A stretch of 64,000 nucleotides of DNA from a virus. This document shows, one piece after another, positions 38,950 through 51,064 of the stretch; positions within the stretch are counted from its first letter, which is position 1; each line of letters opens with the position of its first letter. The notes under the pieces were generated by a model that saw only the letters and a list, made by a program, of their open reading frames with translations, was not told the DNA's origin and made no database searches. The position numbers and the translations under genes were made by a program. The stretch is taken from positions 40,737 to 104,736 of IMG/VR virus record IMGVR_UViG_3300043444_000523. One strand, 5' to 3'.

Positions 38950-39305
38950 ACTTTGGACGATATACAGCATCGGCAGTAGACATGCTCGACTTCTTTGAGC
39001 GACAGCAAGAGTGGTCCTACGAGACCTTCGGGCCTCCAAGTGTTCGCGGACCCATCGGGCCACTGAAGCACCTTGAGAAAGAGGCCAGAGAAGCATACAC
39101 CGAAGAAGACCCAGAGAAACGCAAGGAAGAGATAGCCGACTGTCTCTTCCTTGTCTTCGACGCGGCCCATCGGGCAGGCATGAGCTACGCCGAGCTCTCC
39201 ATGGTAGCGATGGCCAAGCTGAAGAAGAACAAGGCCAGGACGTGGCCAGACTGGCGTAACGCTGACCCAAACTCGGCAGTAGAACACGAAAGGGGCAAAG
39301 AATGA
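38946..39305 (+). CDS. DUF550-like dATP/dGTP pyrophosphohydrolase (MazG-like fold)
   Basis: EWSYETFGP...GPLKHLEKEARE...EIADCLFLVFDAAHRAG...KLKKNKARTWPD. Confidence 0.85.
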   Translation: MNFGRYTASAVDMLDFFERQQEWSYETFGPPSVRGPIGPLKHLEKEAREAYTEEDPEKRKEEIADCLFLVFDAAHRAGMSYAELSMVAMAKLKKNKARTWPDWRNADPNSAVEHERGKE

Positions 39306-40436
39306 ACACGGCAAAGAAGCCTTGGCCATCGGATGCGGTCATGATCGTGTGTGCCATTCCTGAAAAGGCAAATAAGGCCGCTATGGATTCGGTAAACCAA
39401 GGAACATGCAGAGAATGCCTGTGTGATGTCCTGTACGATGGCTTCTCTTTCGATAGGGCGTCAAGGATCGCCGACTTGCATAATCGGCCAGTGCGGTTCT
39501 TCTGCGAAGAGTGCCACAAGAAATTCGATATCATGCAATGCGACCTTGTGGAAGATCACACTAGGCACAAAGACGGAATTGTTCTACAGTCAGGAAACTT
39601 TGTAAAGGAAGGCAAAGAATGAACATCAACGAGGCCTATCAGAAAGTCATGGACGCTGTGCTTGAACTAAAGAACATGGGCGTCGAAGTCGCCATCCGGC
39701 CATCGCGGAGCAAAAGCAATGCGTCAGAGAAGTATGTCGGCGAAGAGTTCCTCTCCGTGGACAAGTGGGTCCATGTCGAGTTCCGGCCAAAGAACCAGAC
39801 CGAGTACGCCTTCGTGTCGGACTACAAGAAGCATCTCAACTGGGCTGGAATCACGTTCGACTCAGGCGGCATGGGCAATTGCCGTGACTGGGAAATCGAC
39901 TGGTCGCTTAGGGCCAATGACGGACCGGACGGAGAGGCGCAAGATCGGCAAGAAGCAGTCGAAGAGATCATGAGGCAAGCGTCTGCCGTCAGCTGCGAGT
40001 CGACCATAGGCGAAGACCCAGGATCAAAAATCATCAGATCGGCTTTTGAGGTTCTCAAGTCGGCCATGTCTGAATACCCAGACTACGCCAGGGGATGGCA
40101 CGATAACATCGCCGTCTGCGCACAAGACGCCGGACTCGAATACAATGCCTCTCAGAAAGCAGCGGCGGCATTTATGAAGCTCTGCTTCGGTGTTGACACG
40201 GCCAAGAAGTCCTAGTCCATACAATGAGGATCATTGTGAAAACCGAAATTCTGATCCAGGAAGAACTCACGACACTGCTGGCCAATACACTATACGAAGC
40301 ACTCGGCCCAACGTGCGAATGCCAGTCTCGAAACGGCCAAACATCGGCCTCATTCGATTGCCTCAACTACGAACAAAAACAAGCGGCCATCGAATACCTC
40401 GGCCGACTCGGCATCACCGCAAAGGAGAAGAAGTAG
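39302..40436 (+). other. Three hypothetical genes (39302-39622, 39619-40215, 40224-40436)
   Basis: ATGA-coupled or adjacent ORFs. Confidence 0.6.
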
Positions 40437-40651
40437 TGCCCAGCAAAGACTCGTTCGCCAAACGGCTCCGCAAAGCCATCAAACAACGCGGCATCAGCCA
40501 ACGTAAACTCGCGCGAGACTCCGGCCTCGGCCACGCCGACGTGAACCAGTACGCCCAAGGCAAAAAACTACCGTCCGTCCCTTCGCTCTTGCGGCTGGCC
40601 AAAACCCTAGAACTACTCCCAGGCGATCTTCTGAATGGTCTTGTGGCGTGA
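40436..40651 (+). CDS. XRE-family HTH transcriptional regulator
   Basis: FAKRLRKAIKQRGISQRKLARDSGL...VNQYAQGKKLPSVPSLLRLAKTL; GTG start after AAGGAG. Confidence 0.88.
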   Translation: MPSKDSFAKRLRKAIKQRGISQRKLARDSGLGHADVNQYAQGKKLPSVPSLLRLAKTLELLPGDLLNGLVA

Positions 40652-41139
40652 AAATGGCTACCCCTGGGCTACCCCACCTACTCCCCTGGGCTGAAAACAC
40701 CCCCGTTTTCGACCCCCTGCCACCCCACCCCATGCACCACCCACCCGGCAAAGTGAACAAATGAACACTGTTTGCGGCCCGGATTGTGTACATTAGTCCA
40801 CTGAAGCGGAATTCCGCGCAAGATCGTACATAGTGTGCAATAACACTACAGTGCATTAAGACAATGATCAAATAGACACAGATTAGAGCATATTCCCTAA
40901 GTCTTTACTATCATTAGACTTGTGACGATTCTTGCGGCATTCTGCGAGATTATTTAGGCGTTTGGCATAGTCATTGCTTTAGTTTCTCTTGCCGCGGCGC
41001 ATCTCGCAAGAGACAAGCGCCGCGGCAGTGCTGCGGGATTCCCGAGCGCTTTCGCGCGCTTGTCATTGTTGGCAAGCGCCATACGCTGCGCGGCGCGCAG
41101 CAGCGTATGCGTTTTTCTGCGCGCCATGGGAGTTATGTA

Positions 41140-41502
41140 ATGAAACGTACAATTCGACACCGTGTTACGGGCAAGGCGTACGTCGTTGAAATGCCGCGCG
41201 GCTTTGCACGTTCCATGTCGGCTACGCTGGACCACATCGAAAAAACGGAACATGTTCAGTACTCGCAAGCCGGTTTCAACGTCGAGGGCGTTGACGGTAT
41301 CATGACGAGCGCAGAAGTGAAAGCAGGCGGATTTACGCCGATTGCCGACGTGCCGGACAAGGATACCATTTCGGGAAAGACGGCCGCCGCCGAATTGCGG
41401 CAACTTCTCAACTTGACGGCCGCGCCGACGAAAGCGCCGCGCAAGCATCGCGGCACGCAAGCGCCGACGGAAACGGCCGCGATCGAAACGGCCGAAGCGT
41501 AG
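41140..41502 (+). CDS. Hypothetical protein
   Basis: GGAG RBS; followed by a terminator. Confidence 0.6.
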   Translation: MKRTIRHRVTGKAYVVEMPRGFARSMSATLDHIEKTEHVQYSQAGFNVEGVDGIMTSAEVKAGGFTPIADVPDKDTISGKTAAAELRQLLNLTAAPTKAPRKHRGTQAPTETAAIETAEA

Positions 41503-41517
41503 TCGATTCTCCAGCAG

Positions 41518-41552
41518 GCCGCGCGGACTGTCCGCGCGGCTTTTCTTTTCTT
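41518..41552 (+). terminator. Rho-independent terminator
   Basis: GCCGCGCGGA/TCCGCGCGGC stem plus TTTTCTTTT. Confidence 0.85.
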
Positions 41553-41563
41553 CGGAATTCACC

Positions 41564-42001
41564 ATGAAACGGTACATTCGACCTCAAGGTCGCAAGCGCG
41601 TTATCGCCATTGTGGGCAGAATCACGGACCGCGCCGACGGCAAGTTTATCGGTAGTTCACCGATAGAAGAGATGCAATCGGCCGTCGCGGGGCAATTCCT
41701 AGTTGCCGAACTAGACGGCATGGGCGACACTAAACCGGAAAGACAGCTGCGCAAAATCAACGGCTTGCGCGTTTACTCGTTCACGCGCTTTGACGGACGT
41801 ACATACGTTACTGTGCGCGCGGAAACTGAGATCGCGTACCGATCATTGCACGCGCTGACCTATGTACTCGCATTGCGAGCTGTTCAGCGCGGCAGTATCC
41901 CGCGTATGGCAGCTGGCGCTTGCAATGCTGAAAGTGCCGAACGTGCCGCGCGTAGAATCCGCCAGTATGCGGCCGCGCGGCACGTAAGTAAAAAATTGTA
42001 A
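41564..42001 (+). CDS. Hypothetical protein
   Basis: 145-aa ORF between two terminators. Confidence 0.55.
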   Translation: MKRYIRPQGRKRVIAIVGRITDRADGKFIGSSPIEEMQSAVAGQFLVAELDGMGDTKPERQLRKINGLRVYSFTRFDGRTYVTVRAETEIAYRSLHALTYVLALRAVQRGSIPRMAAGACNAESAERAARRIRQYAAARHVSKKL

Positions 42002-42015
42002 TCGACCATGATGCC

Positions 42016-42054
42016 AAAACGCACGCTGGAATCAATTCCAGCGTGCGTTTTTTT
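42016..42054 (+). terminator. Rho-independent terminator, possibly bidirectional
   Basis: AAAACGCACGCTGGAAT/ATTCCAGCGTGCGTTTT plus T tract. Confidence 0.85.
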
Positions 42055-42107
42055 GTGCGCGTCGCCTGACAAATCATAGTCTTTTGGGAGTAGTTCTTGT
42101 GATTATC

Positions 42108-42907
42108 ATGTTCTGGGCTATCTCCAACGGCAAGGGGGAGATCGTCGGCGCTTTCCCGTTCAAAGGCGGAAAGCGCAAAGCGCATGCATATGCGCGCCAA
42201 TTGACAAAGGCGGGGAATCCGCATTTCGTGGCACTTGAGAAAAGCCGCGATGGGCTAGTGCCGCGCCCACCATCACCACTTCCCGAAAGCAAGTGGTTCT
42301 GCTCGTCCAAGCGTCAACGCAAGCCTCGTCTCACTATGTCCGACGAGGACACGCTGCGCGCCGTTGCGACAATGCAGCATGAACACGGGCCGGACTCCCT
42401 ACCCGTGTCAAAGTTCTACAAAGAGCTTCGGAAGAAGGATGCCGACATTCCTACTTTATATTGTGGGACAACCGGCGAGCCGCCGCCGATCCGGCCGCGC
42501 AATCCCAAGCGCGGCCGCAAGGGCGCGCCTACCGCTCCGTCCGTCAGGCCGGACTGGGCAGCGGCGAAGCTCGACTTCGGGCCGATAGGCCGAATTGAAG
42601 TACGGGAAGTAGTTGTAGGTCATGCTATCGGCATGACCGCCAATGGCGTCGATGTTTGGGACGCTTCGGGGGATCGGATATGAAACGACTCGAAGCCGAA
42701 TTCAAACGTCGTATGGGGTGGACCACTTTGCGCGGCCAGACGCGCAAGTTTGTCCTTGAGGATATTGAGACTCTTGGCCTTGATGGCGCAGTGCGCTCAT
42801 GGCGCAACGAGGGGCTCAAGATGCCCTACGGCATCCAGAAGTTGATTGACTCAACGATCCATCTTACCAGCACTGGGCCGTTGGGTATTCAGGGAGTAGG
42901 CTGGTAA
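42108..42907 (+). other. Two hypothetical genes (42108-42683, 42680-42907)
   Basis: ATGA-coupled ORFs. Confidence 0.5.
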
Positions 42908-43309
42908 TTGGCCGATCTTTTCTTAATGGAGTACGTCCATGCGCAAATTCCATGCCGTCATTCGACGGCACAAGAAGGGTTTCATGTGGCTGGTTGTATC
43001 GTCTTGTGGCCGCTACTTGCGCGGCTACTGCGCCTCTGCTGCCATTGGGCAGCGGCGAGTTGAGGCGTCTATTGCCTGCTTCAGCGAGTGCCCGTGCTGC
43101 GCTAAGTCTTAGCATTTGCGCCACTACTGCGCCGATGTTCGGCCTAGTAGCGGCGCGTTCATTCCGGGAGTATGATATGTTCGAGTTGCCGCGTGTTGTC
43201 CGCTTGCGCCGTGCACAATCTGGAGTACGGGCACGACCTTTGCCGTGCAATCGGCCTCTGTTGAGGCCGAATCAGAAGCCTAACAAGGTCTTCGTGGCCT
43301 TGTTCTCGA

Positions 43310-43332
43310 AATAGGCGCGAGTTGCGCCTATT
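43310..43332. repeat. 23-bp palindrome, copy 10
   Basis: AATAGGCGCGAGTTGCGCCTATT; supplies the TAG of the ORF ending at 43314. Confidence 0.95.
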
Positions 43333-43551
43333 ATTGCGGTGTACTTGTATATCTCAGGTTTCCTGCCGACATGGCGGCAGGGAGAAATAGAACCAGGAGA
43401 TTCGCCAGCCAATTGCGTCCACTGAGAGACGCCCAACCGATATGGCGATTAACCCAAGGGTGCGTATGAAGAAGTTCTACCTCTTTTCCATTTACTAGAC
43501 GACGAAGATCGACGACGGTAAGGCCGGGGGTCGAAAGACTCCCGGCACGTT

Positions 43552-43618
43552 GGGGATACCGCAGGGCGGGCTTGTGGTTTGCAACCACGATGGCAGGATT
43601 CGAGTCCCTGTGTCTCCA
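43552..43618 (+). tRNA. Atypical tRNA-Ala(TGC) with a reduced D arm
   Basis: GGGGATA/TGTCTCC acceptor with G3:U70 and A73; TGTGG/CCACG stem, loop TT-TGC-AA; T loop TTCGAGT with an A53-C61 mismatch. Confidence 0.7.
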
Positions 43619-43657
43619 CTACATCTCTGCCAATCCACTTACCTTCAAGGGGACGTA

Positions 43658-46600
43658 ATGGAAACTTTCTTTCGTTTCTACTGGGATCAGTGTACTACCT
43701 GGAAGGCGGAAGTAGACCGCCTTGCCGATCAGGTTGTGAACCGCCTTGGACTTGTCGCCAAGGCGGTTCTGAATACCCAAGACCGACGATCTATTGCGCG
43801 CATGATGATGCGATGCGCGTCTGGCCGAGTTGATGGCGTTTTTGGGTCCGTGTCGTGGGAGCACGACAAGAAAACTAAAGACCTTGTGTACCGTGTGTCG
43901 TAGGGGGCGTCATGTTAAGTCGCGCAATGGAGACGATCCAGTCGGATGCAATGCGGCTTGTGAACATCCGCATTACATCCGCGATTGAGGTCTGTGACTG
44001 GGTGGTAGTTCACAGGCTGACAGAGCAATTGCTGGAACTTGCGGTGCGCGGAATGCACCGTAATTCCATAGATAACGTCATGCCGTCGCTCAAGACGACG
44101 CAGCGTGAATCTGAAAGCCGATAACGTGATTCCCCACGTAGCGGGAGGACGGCTAGGGCCAACAATACGTTGGCGCGCTCAACGTCATACCAGTAGTGCG
44201 ACGGCACTACTAGCGTTCCGGCCCGCATGGTGAGCGGGAGAGGGAGATGGGAAATGAACAACATCGCGTCCGTCACCGACCGTGACGGACGTATTAAGGT
44301 GGTGCTCCAGGCCGCGCCGCCGGAATTGGTGACGCAGTTCATGGCCGGGGAGATTGTGCCCGGACTCGTGGATATGTACGGCGATCCGGCAAGAGGGTTT
44401 GCCGGTGGGTACGTGGCGTAGTTCGTTTGTGGGTCGCTTGCCCGCTGGGGGTGGGCGAAAGCCTGCTGGGAGATGACAGACGTGCCAACGTCTTGATACC
44501 GGCGATGACTGGAGGATGGTAGCGCAAACGGGGGAGCGTGGCTGCTCCATGTGATGCCTAGCGATGGCTAGGCTCGCTGTTCCCGTCCGCAAGAGTACTC
44601 CGGTCTGCGAGGTTCGAGTCCTCGGCGACCCACTTTATTCCAACCAAGCCGCCGTCACCGTGACGGCTCTTTTGCTTGGCGGCAACGTGAGGCATTCTTG
44701 AGAGGGGAGGCGAAACCGATATGACTAACATTGTCCCGATCTACTACTACGGCACTTGGTTCATTCCAAGCATCTACAACACCCATGATTGGATGGGGTC
44801 GTTGTTCATTGAGGATGGGCATTGGGTATTTGAGCACCGAGTCAGACTCTATGCCGACTCAAAAGCGTTCGGCAGTGAAGACGAAAAGACGTGGTACAAG
44901 ATGAAGGCAAAGGACGACTCAATTGAAGTCAGAGACCGCCTTCTGGAGAACATGAACAAGAACATTCTCCCCAAGCTGGAGAAGGAGTTTGGCTGCAAGC
45001 ATGATTTCGTTCTTTTCGAATGCAAGAACGACGATCCGAAATTCCTGTTTGAACTCGGATCGAGACCGTGGGCGCATATCAAGACACTTTCGCCTGAAGA
45101 GGCAAAAGCACAAGGGCTAATCGAATGACCCAGACCTACGCAGAGATTTGGTCTACCATCAAGAACAGCCGATGGGCTTGGCTGTACTCTGGACTTGATG
45201 TTCGATCCGACCGTGAAAGCTCCGGCGAGGAGCTGTACAAGTGCCTTTCCAGCCGTGGCCTTGTGTCCGACTGGCGCGAACTTTCCGAAGTGCCAGTAGG
45301 CGGCGAACTGGCCATCGGCATGACAACTTATCGCCGCATTTCTTAGGGACAATCATGAAACGGAAGTACGGCGTTTGCTGGTGTTGTTCGACACCGGCCA
45401 AGGTGAGGCTGCGCAAAATGTGGGTGAGCGGGCTTGTTCGCCAGCTTTGTAAGCTGTGCGCAATCGCTTTGCCCAAGGAGAAGTAGTCATGGCAACGGCA
45501 AAAGAGATTGCCGCTGTGTACGCAAGGAACAATCCTGAGTCCAGATTCGCTGTGTCCAAGTGCGGCAGCGCAGTCGGCCTCTGGATTGAGAGTCGTCAAG
45601 CTTTCGTCGAGATTGTCGTCAAGACTATCTCGCCCAAGTGCCCTTGGGTAACTTTGTTATCCGAGGATGGAAGTATGATCCAAACTACGTTGGCCAACGG
45701 GAAGCCATTGTATCCACCGGAAGAATGGGAGTCAGTATGACAAAGCCAGTTTATATGTATGCGCCAGTCCGAATGACGTGTGACTCAGGCAAGGAATGGA
45801 TCGACTCTGGTGATATGGCAACCAGCCGAGAGAAGGTTGCGGAGAAAATCGCCAAGATTAGCTCCGCAATCCGTTCGTGGGATGATGCCAACCCTGTTGT
45901 TCGGGTCGTTCTTGTCAGAATCGAAGAAGTGGAGGGGAAGTGAACAATCCAGTCATTGAACGCTTGCGAGAGGCCAGGAGAACCCTGGAACTTCGCATCA
46001 AACAAAAAGCCGTTGCCGTGTACGCGACGTTCGACCAGAGCGAACGAACCATCATGCGTATCGGCATGTTCCCCGCGCAGAAGATGCAGCAGGCGCAGCA
46101 AGAACTCATTGCCGAACTGACGCTGTGCGACGGAGAGCCGCCAGATTCTTCCGAAGTGTCCCGAATGTTGGCAGTCGGCATCATGGATGCCGCCAATGCC
46201 GGGGCTGACAAACTCGTTGTGTAGGAGAACCATGAGCACGCTACTTCCGCCGCCTGGATTTATCGAGGCCCATGTTTGGGAACCAGAGTACAAGGACGGC
46301 ATTAAGACCGGCTACTCAAAGCTGGTCCGCATGAAGACCTTGAAAGAGGTCTTCAAGGAACTGTACGCCGAACTTGATGTTCTGATTTGCGACAAGTGCG
46401 GCCATGAGCGTAAACGACGCAAAACCTACGCCAAGCCGGATTACGGCGGCGACAAGTGCAAAGAGTGCGAAGGGGAATATGAGTCGTTACTTGACGAGTA
46501 TTTCCACGGGCCGGACTCTGAGTTTGCTACTGTGCCCAAGAACTATCGATGGGTGGCTTGCTACGCCGTAACAGGCGGAAATGAGGGCCACTACATCCAC

Positions 46601-49600
46601 GTTGAATATCTGGCCGAGGTCAAGAAGATCAAGATTCCCGACCCGAACGACCAGACCGGATTTGGGAAGGCCAAAGAAGTCTATCCGTGCAACGGGCAAA
46701 GCCTGTTGCATGTTGTTCGTCTTGCGATTGGCAAGACATTCAGAGGCATGGAACACGCGCAAGCCATTGCCAACCGTTGTGCGCGACTTCTAGGAGCATG
46801 ACATGAGCCTTGATGTGTCTTTACGTCGAAAACGACCAGACAAAACCGAAGCCGCACAAGCGGCAAAGGTTCTGAGAGACAACGGCTTTGATTTATTTGC
46901 ACAAGAAATCGAAGCACGTCACGATACTTCAGAATACGACGGTCTCTACGATTCCAACATCACCCACAACCTTATGAAGATGGCACGCGAGGCTGGCATT
47001 TATCTGGCGTGCTGGAGTCCGGGAGAAATGCTTGCGCCTGACATCGCCAAGAAAATGCAGGAGCAGGCAGATGTGGGGAATTACCACGGCCCAGGCGGAG
47101 AACTTGAGCTTGAGAAAACACTTCCAGTTGCTCATGCTCGTGACCTTATCGGCCCTCTACGCGCAGGGCTGGAGTTGCTGAGGTCTGATCCTGAGAGATT
47201 CAAGAAATTCAACGCGCCAAATGGCTGGGGGCTGTACGAGCACTTCGTCCCTTGGGTTGCTGAGTATCTCGCAGCGTGTGAAGAAAACCCGGATGCCGAA
47301 GTTCACGTGTGTCGATGACAAAGGAGCATGACATGACTCTTTCGGAACTTGCCAACGACCCCAAGGCCATGTCCGCGTTCATGGGCTGGAATTGGGAAAC
47401 ACAAACAAGGAAGGGCAGGGCGTATTGTGGATACCGAGGCTGGACACGAGACAAAGATGTCGAACTGACCGCCGAGGAAGTATTCCAAGAGCGATGGAAG
47501 GAATACATCGCCAGCATCAGTCCAAGGGTTCAAGAGCAGACCCATCTCAGGATGGTCCATGAGTGCCTGCGAGACGGGCTTGGCCTGAAGGGGAAGGCTT
47601 CTCGTGACTCAGTGGCCGAGCGCATCAAGATAGCAATCAAACGCTGGCCCGATCTTTACTCACCATTCGAGGAAGAGAGCCATGTTGACGAGAACCAACT
47701 ATGTGCGGTGTCGTGAGTGCGGCTGCGGCCTGACTTGGATCGAGATTGCATATGGGAAGTTGGGCGACGAAATCTGTGGCCGATGTTTAATCGAGCGTCG
47801 GCAACAATCTTGCGATCACAACGAGATGATCAAAAACAACACAACCCATGCTTGGCGCTGTGCCAGATGTGGGTACGTCTACGGAGAAACGAAATGCGAA
47901 CAGAAACCATAGTTCGTAACCTGTACAAGTTTGATGAACTTTCGGACAAGGCCAAAGAGAAGGCCAGAGATCGGTATCGAGAATCCGGGATTCACGACGA
48001 ATGGTGGGACAGTGTTTACGAAGATGCCGAAGAGATTGCCAAACTGCTTGGCATCGAGATTCGGCAACTACCAATCAAGACTCTGGGCGGCAAAATCAGA
48101 TACGAACCGGCGATCTACTTCAGGGGATTCAGTTCGCAAGGCAACGGCGCATGCTTCGAGGGCACATACCGATACCGCAAAGGAAGTGTGGCGGCAATTA
48201 AGGATTATGCACCCCAAGACGAGACGCTGCATCGCATTGCCAAGACTCTTCAGGAAGAACAGAAGAAGTCGTGGTACAGGCTCAGTGCGAAGATTACGCA
48301 TCGCGGCAACTACTGCCATTCGTACAGCATGGACATTGAGGTTGACTCCGATCATCCACGAGACTTTGACGCCGAACCAATTCGGAAGTGCATGAGAGAC
48401 TTCGCCGATTGGATTTATGAGCGTCTTGAAGAAGAGTACGACTACCTGAACTCTGACGAGGCCGTTGACGAAAGCATCACGGCCAACGATTACGAATTCA
48501 CCAAGAGTGGAGAGCTAGCATGAGATTCCCACGATACGGGGCCGCATTCGAGTACATCTCGTTTGAAGACCTGCTGAAACTTTGCCGAGAGACGATGGAC
48601 TTTCACGCCAGAGTTGAGGAGTGCAACGGCGTGTTCGTCGAAGTGGCCCGATGGAAACACTTTGCCGACGAATACGACGGCAAGCAAGGCGTCTGGATGC
48701 GATTCGCCTACTTCCACTGCGAAGGCGGCGAGCATCTTTCGAGAGAGATTCGGGAGTTGTCTACTCCCGACATGGTATCGGCGCATGAGACTGCCGAGTA
48801 CATTGCCGGAATGATCAACGCGGCATCGAAGAGTCGAAGCACGCGGATCATTCACGGGATGCCAAACTGGAAGGACTGAAAATGTTCGTTCTGCTCGAAA
48901 TGAGCGGCCTCGACATCATTAGCGTCCGCGTGTTCAAACGAGTGTCGGACGCAGTTTCTGTATTCGAATCGTGCGCCGCCGATAACGGCGTTTACGAAGA
49001 ACCTATGTCCAGCCACGAAGCACCTGGAACTATCCGTGTTGCTGGCGACGATACTTACTTCGTCCAATTGATTGAGACCGATGTTATCAACTCCATCAAA
49101 CCACGGAGGCAGTCATGCTGACCATCAAGTATTACGGCGTGGAAGGCTCTGGCCGCACTGTGACCGAGGCCAAGAAGGACGCCGGGCGAAAGATCGAAAT
49201 CGCCCTTGCTGGCGACTACAACCCGGTTATCATCGTTTGGCGGAAGCACGCCTACCTGATCTATCGTGATCCGACTGTTGGCTGGCGTGATCGGCTGATA
49301 TGCGATGAAGATGGAGTCCGAGACGGGACTGTGTTTGGCAGTTTCGGCGGCGACAGCATGGACAAGGAGTATGTCATTGCCGAGGCCAAGAAACATTTGG
49401 CCAAGCTTGGCTGGGAAGAAGTCGATGGGCAAGAGATTCCTTCGATTCTGCCATTCTGCCATCACAGAGGTTGGAGGGACTGGACTGAGTTTCAGCTTCG
49501 GTACAGAGAGGCCATACGTCGCGGAATGAACGACAATGACGCACACAGTTACGCCGGGAGAAACCCGTCAAGGCCGGAACTGTGGCAAGAGGAGGCAAAA

Positions 49601-51035
49601 GTATGATTAGTGACGTTCTTTCAGATGCGTGCCATCAAATCGGGTCGTATCGTTCGCATGAAGGCACGCAAGCGTGCTACGTCGATCATGCAAGAGCACT
49701 CGATGGCCTCGTGGCCATCATGGACAATGCGAGAAAGTTCCTTGATTCGCCGTATCCATTGGCAAGAAATCTGCTTTCTGCGGAACTGCTTCGGCAAGTT
49801 GCCGACGCACTGGACAACGAAGAACTTCCGATGCCAAAGGCCGATCTATTTTAATAACCAGGAGAATTGTCATGCGTACCGAAAACGGATGGGTGATTGA
49901 CGAAAACAACAACCGGGCGTCTCTTGAAAAGTGGGGCAGCGAAGAAGCGGCGGCAAATATACTGGCCACTTTAACCGGCTGCTCCGGCTGCTCCGACTGC
50001 TCTGGCTGCTCTGGCAAAAAGAACGAAAAGTTGGAATCTCCAATTCCGGTCATTGAAGACATTCACAAGAAACTTGCTGACGCCATGATTATTTTAACCA
50101 AGGAGAACCCATGATTTCTGACGCTGGCAGTGTTCGGCTATGCACTGATTCGCTCGACATTTTCTTGCCTAACGGCAAGGGAGACGGGCAGTGCGGAGTC
50201 GTGATCGGCGAAGAACCGCCTAATGATTTCCGTGCCTACCTGGGCATGTTCATCATCCGCACATCAGGTTTCATCGCGTACTACGATTGTGAACGGAAGC
50301 CGATTGACCGAGAGCCACTTGGACCGGGGCGTTACCATGCCTGGAACAACCGGGCCGGTACGGTGTACATCAAAAAGTCCGACGACAACCTTATGGAGTG
50401 AGAACATGAATAAGGCCGACTTAGCCGCGACTAGGGATTCAGTCGATGAGGCAACACGCGCCGCAACGAACTTTTCAATCCACGATACGCCTGGAAGCGA
50501 CATGGCTGGCAGTGGACAGCAAGAGGGCGTGAAGCATACGCCATTGCCGTGGGAAATATCAAAACACGGGACGCCAGAATGTCATCCGCAATTCGGGCTC
50601 TACGCCGAAGGATGCCACAGAGACCATGTGATTGTGAAAGGCGACAATCCCAAAGAAGACGCCGAGTTTATCTGCCGCGCCGTCAATTCGTTCAAAAGCC
50701 TGTTGGCGGCACTAGAAGAGTGCATAACAGATGAAGGCGCAGTCGCATACAACAGGCCAGACCGCTACGGGCGAGAACGTCTGGACGCGATAAGTGACCT
50801 TGCCCGTGCCGCCATCGCCAAAGCGACAGTTAAACCATGAAAGGAGACCCTCATGCAGTTTGAGCACAAGAAGGGCGATAGGTACATAATCATCGGTTAC
50901 TACTACAACACCGGCATCAAGTTTCGGCTCGTCCGATTCAATCCATACTCTGCGCTGGCCATCAATCTTTGGCGAGGCAAGGTATGGCAGATGAGGGGCA
51001 AGAGGCGGACTCTTGTGAAGGAAGTCTGGAACTAA
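43658..51035 (+). other. Array of about 20 small early-type hypothetical genes (e.g. 44721-45128, 45940-46224, 46232-46801, 46803-47318, 47894-48523, 48520-48879, 49115-49606, 50406-50840)
   Basis: Dense co-oriented ORFs with strong RBSs and ATGA overlaps. Confidence 0.7.
44431..44632 (+). ncRNA. 202-nt tRNA-like RNA with an expanded multi-hairpin interior
   Basis: GGGTCGC/GCGACCC-A acceptor, GCCC/GGGC D-like stem, perfect T arm CGAGG TTCGAGT CCTCG; ~150-nt structured insert. Confidence 0.65.
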
Positions 51036-51064
51036 TTACCACCTACAAAACGGGAGTACATGAA

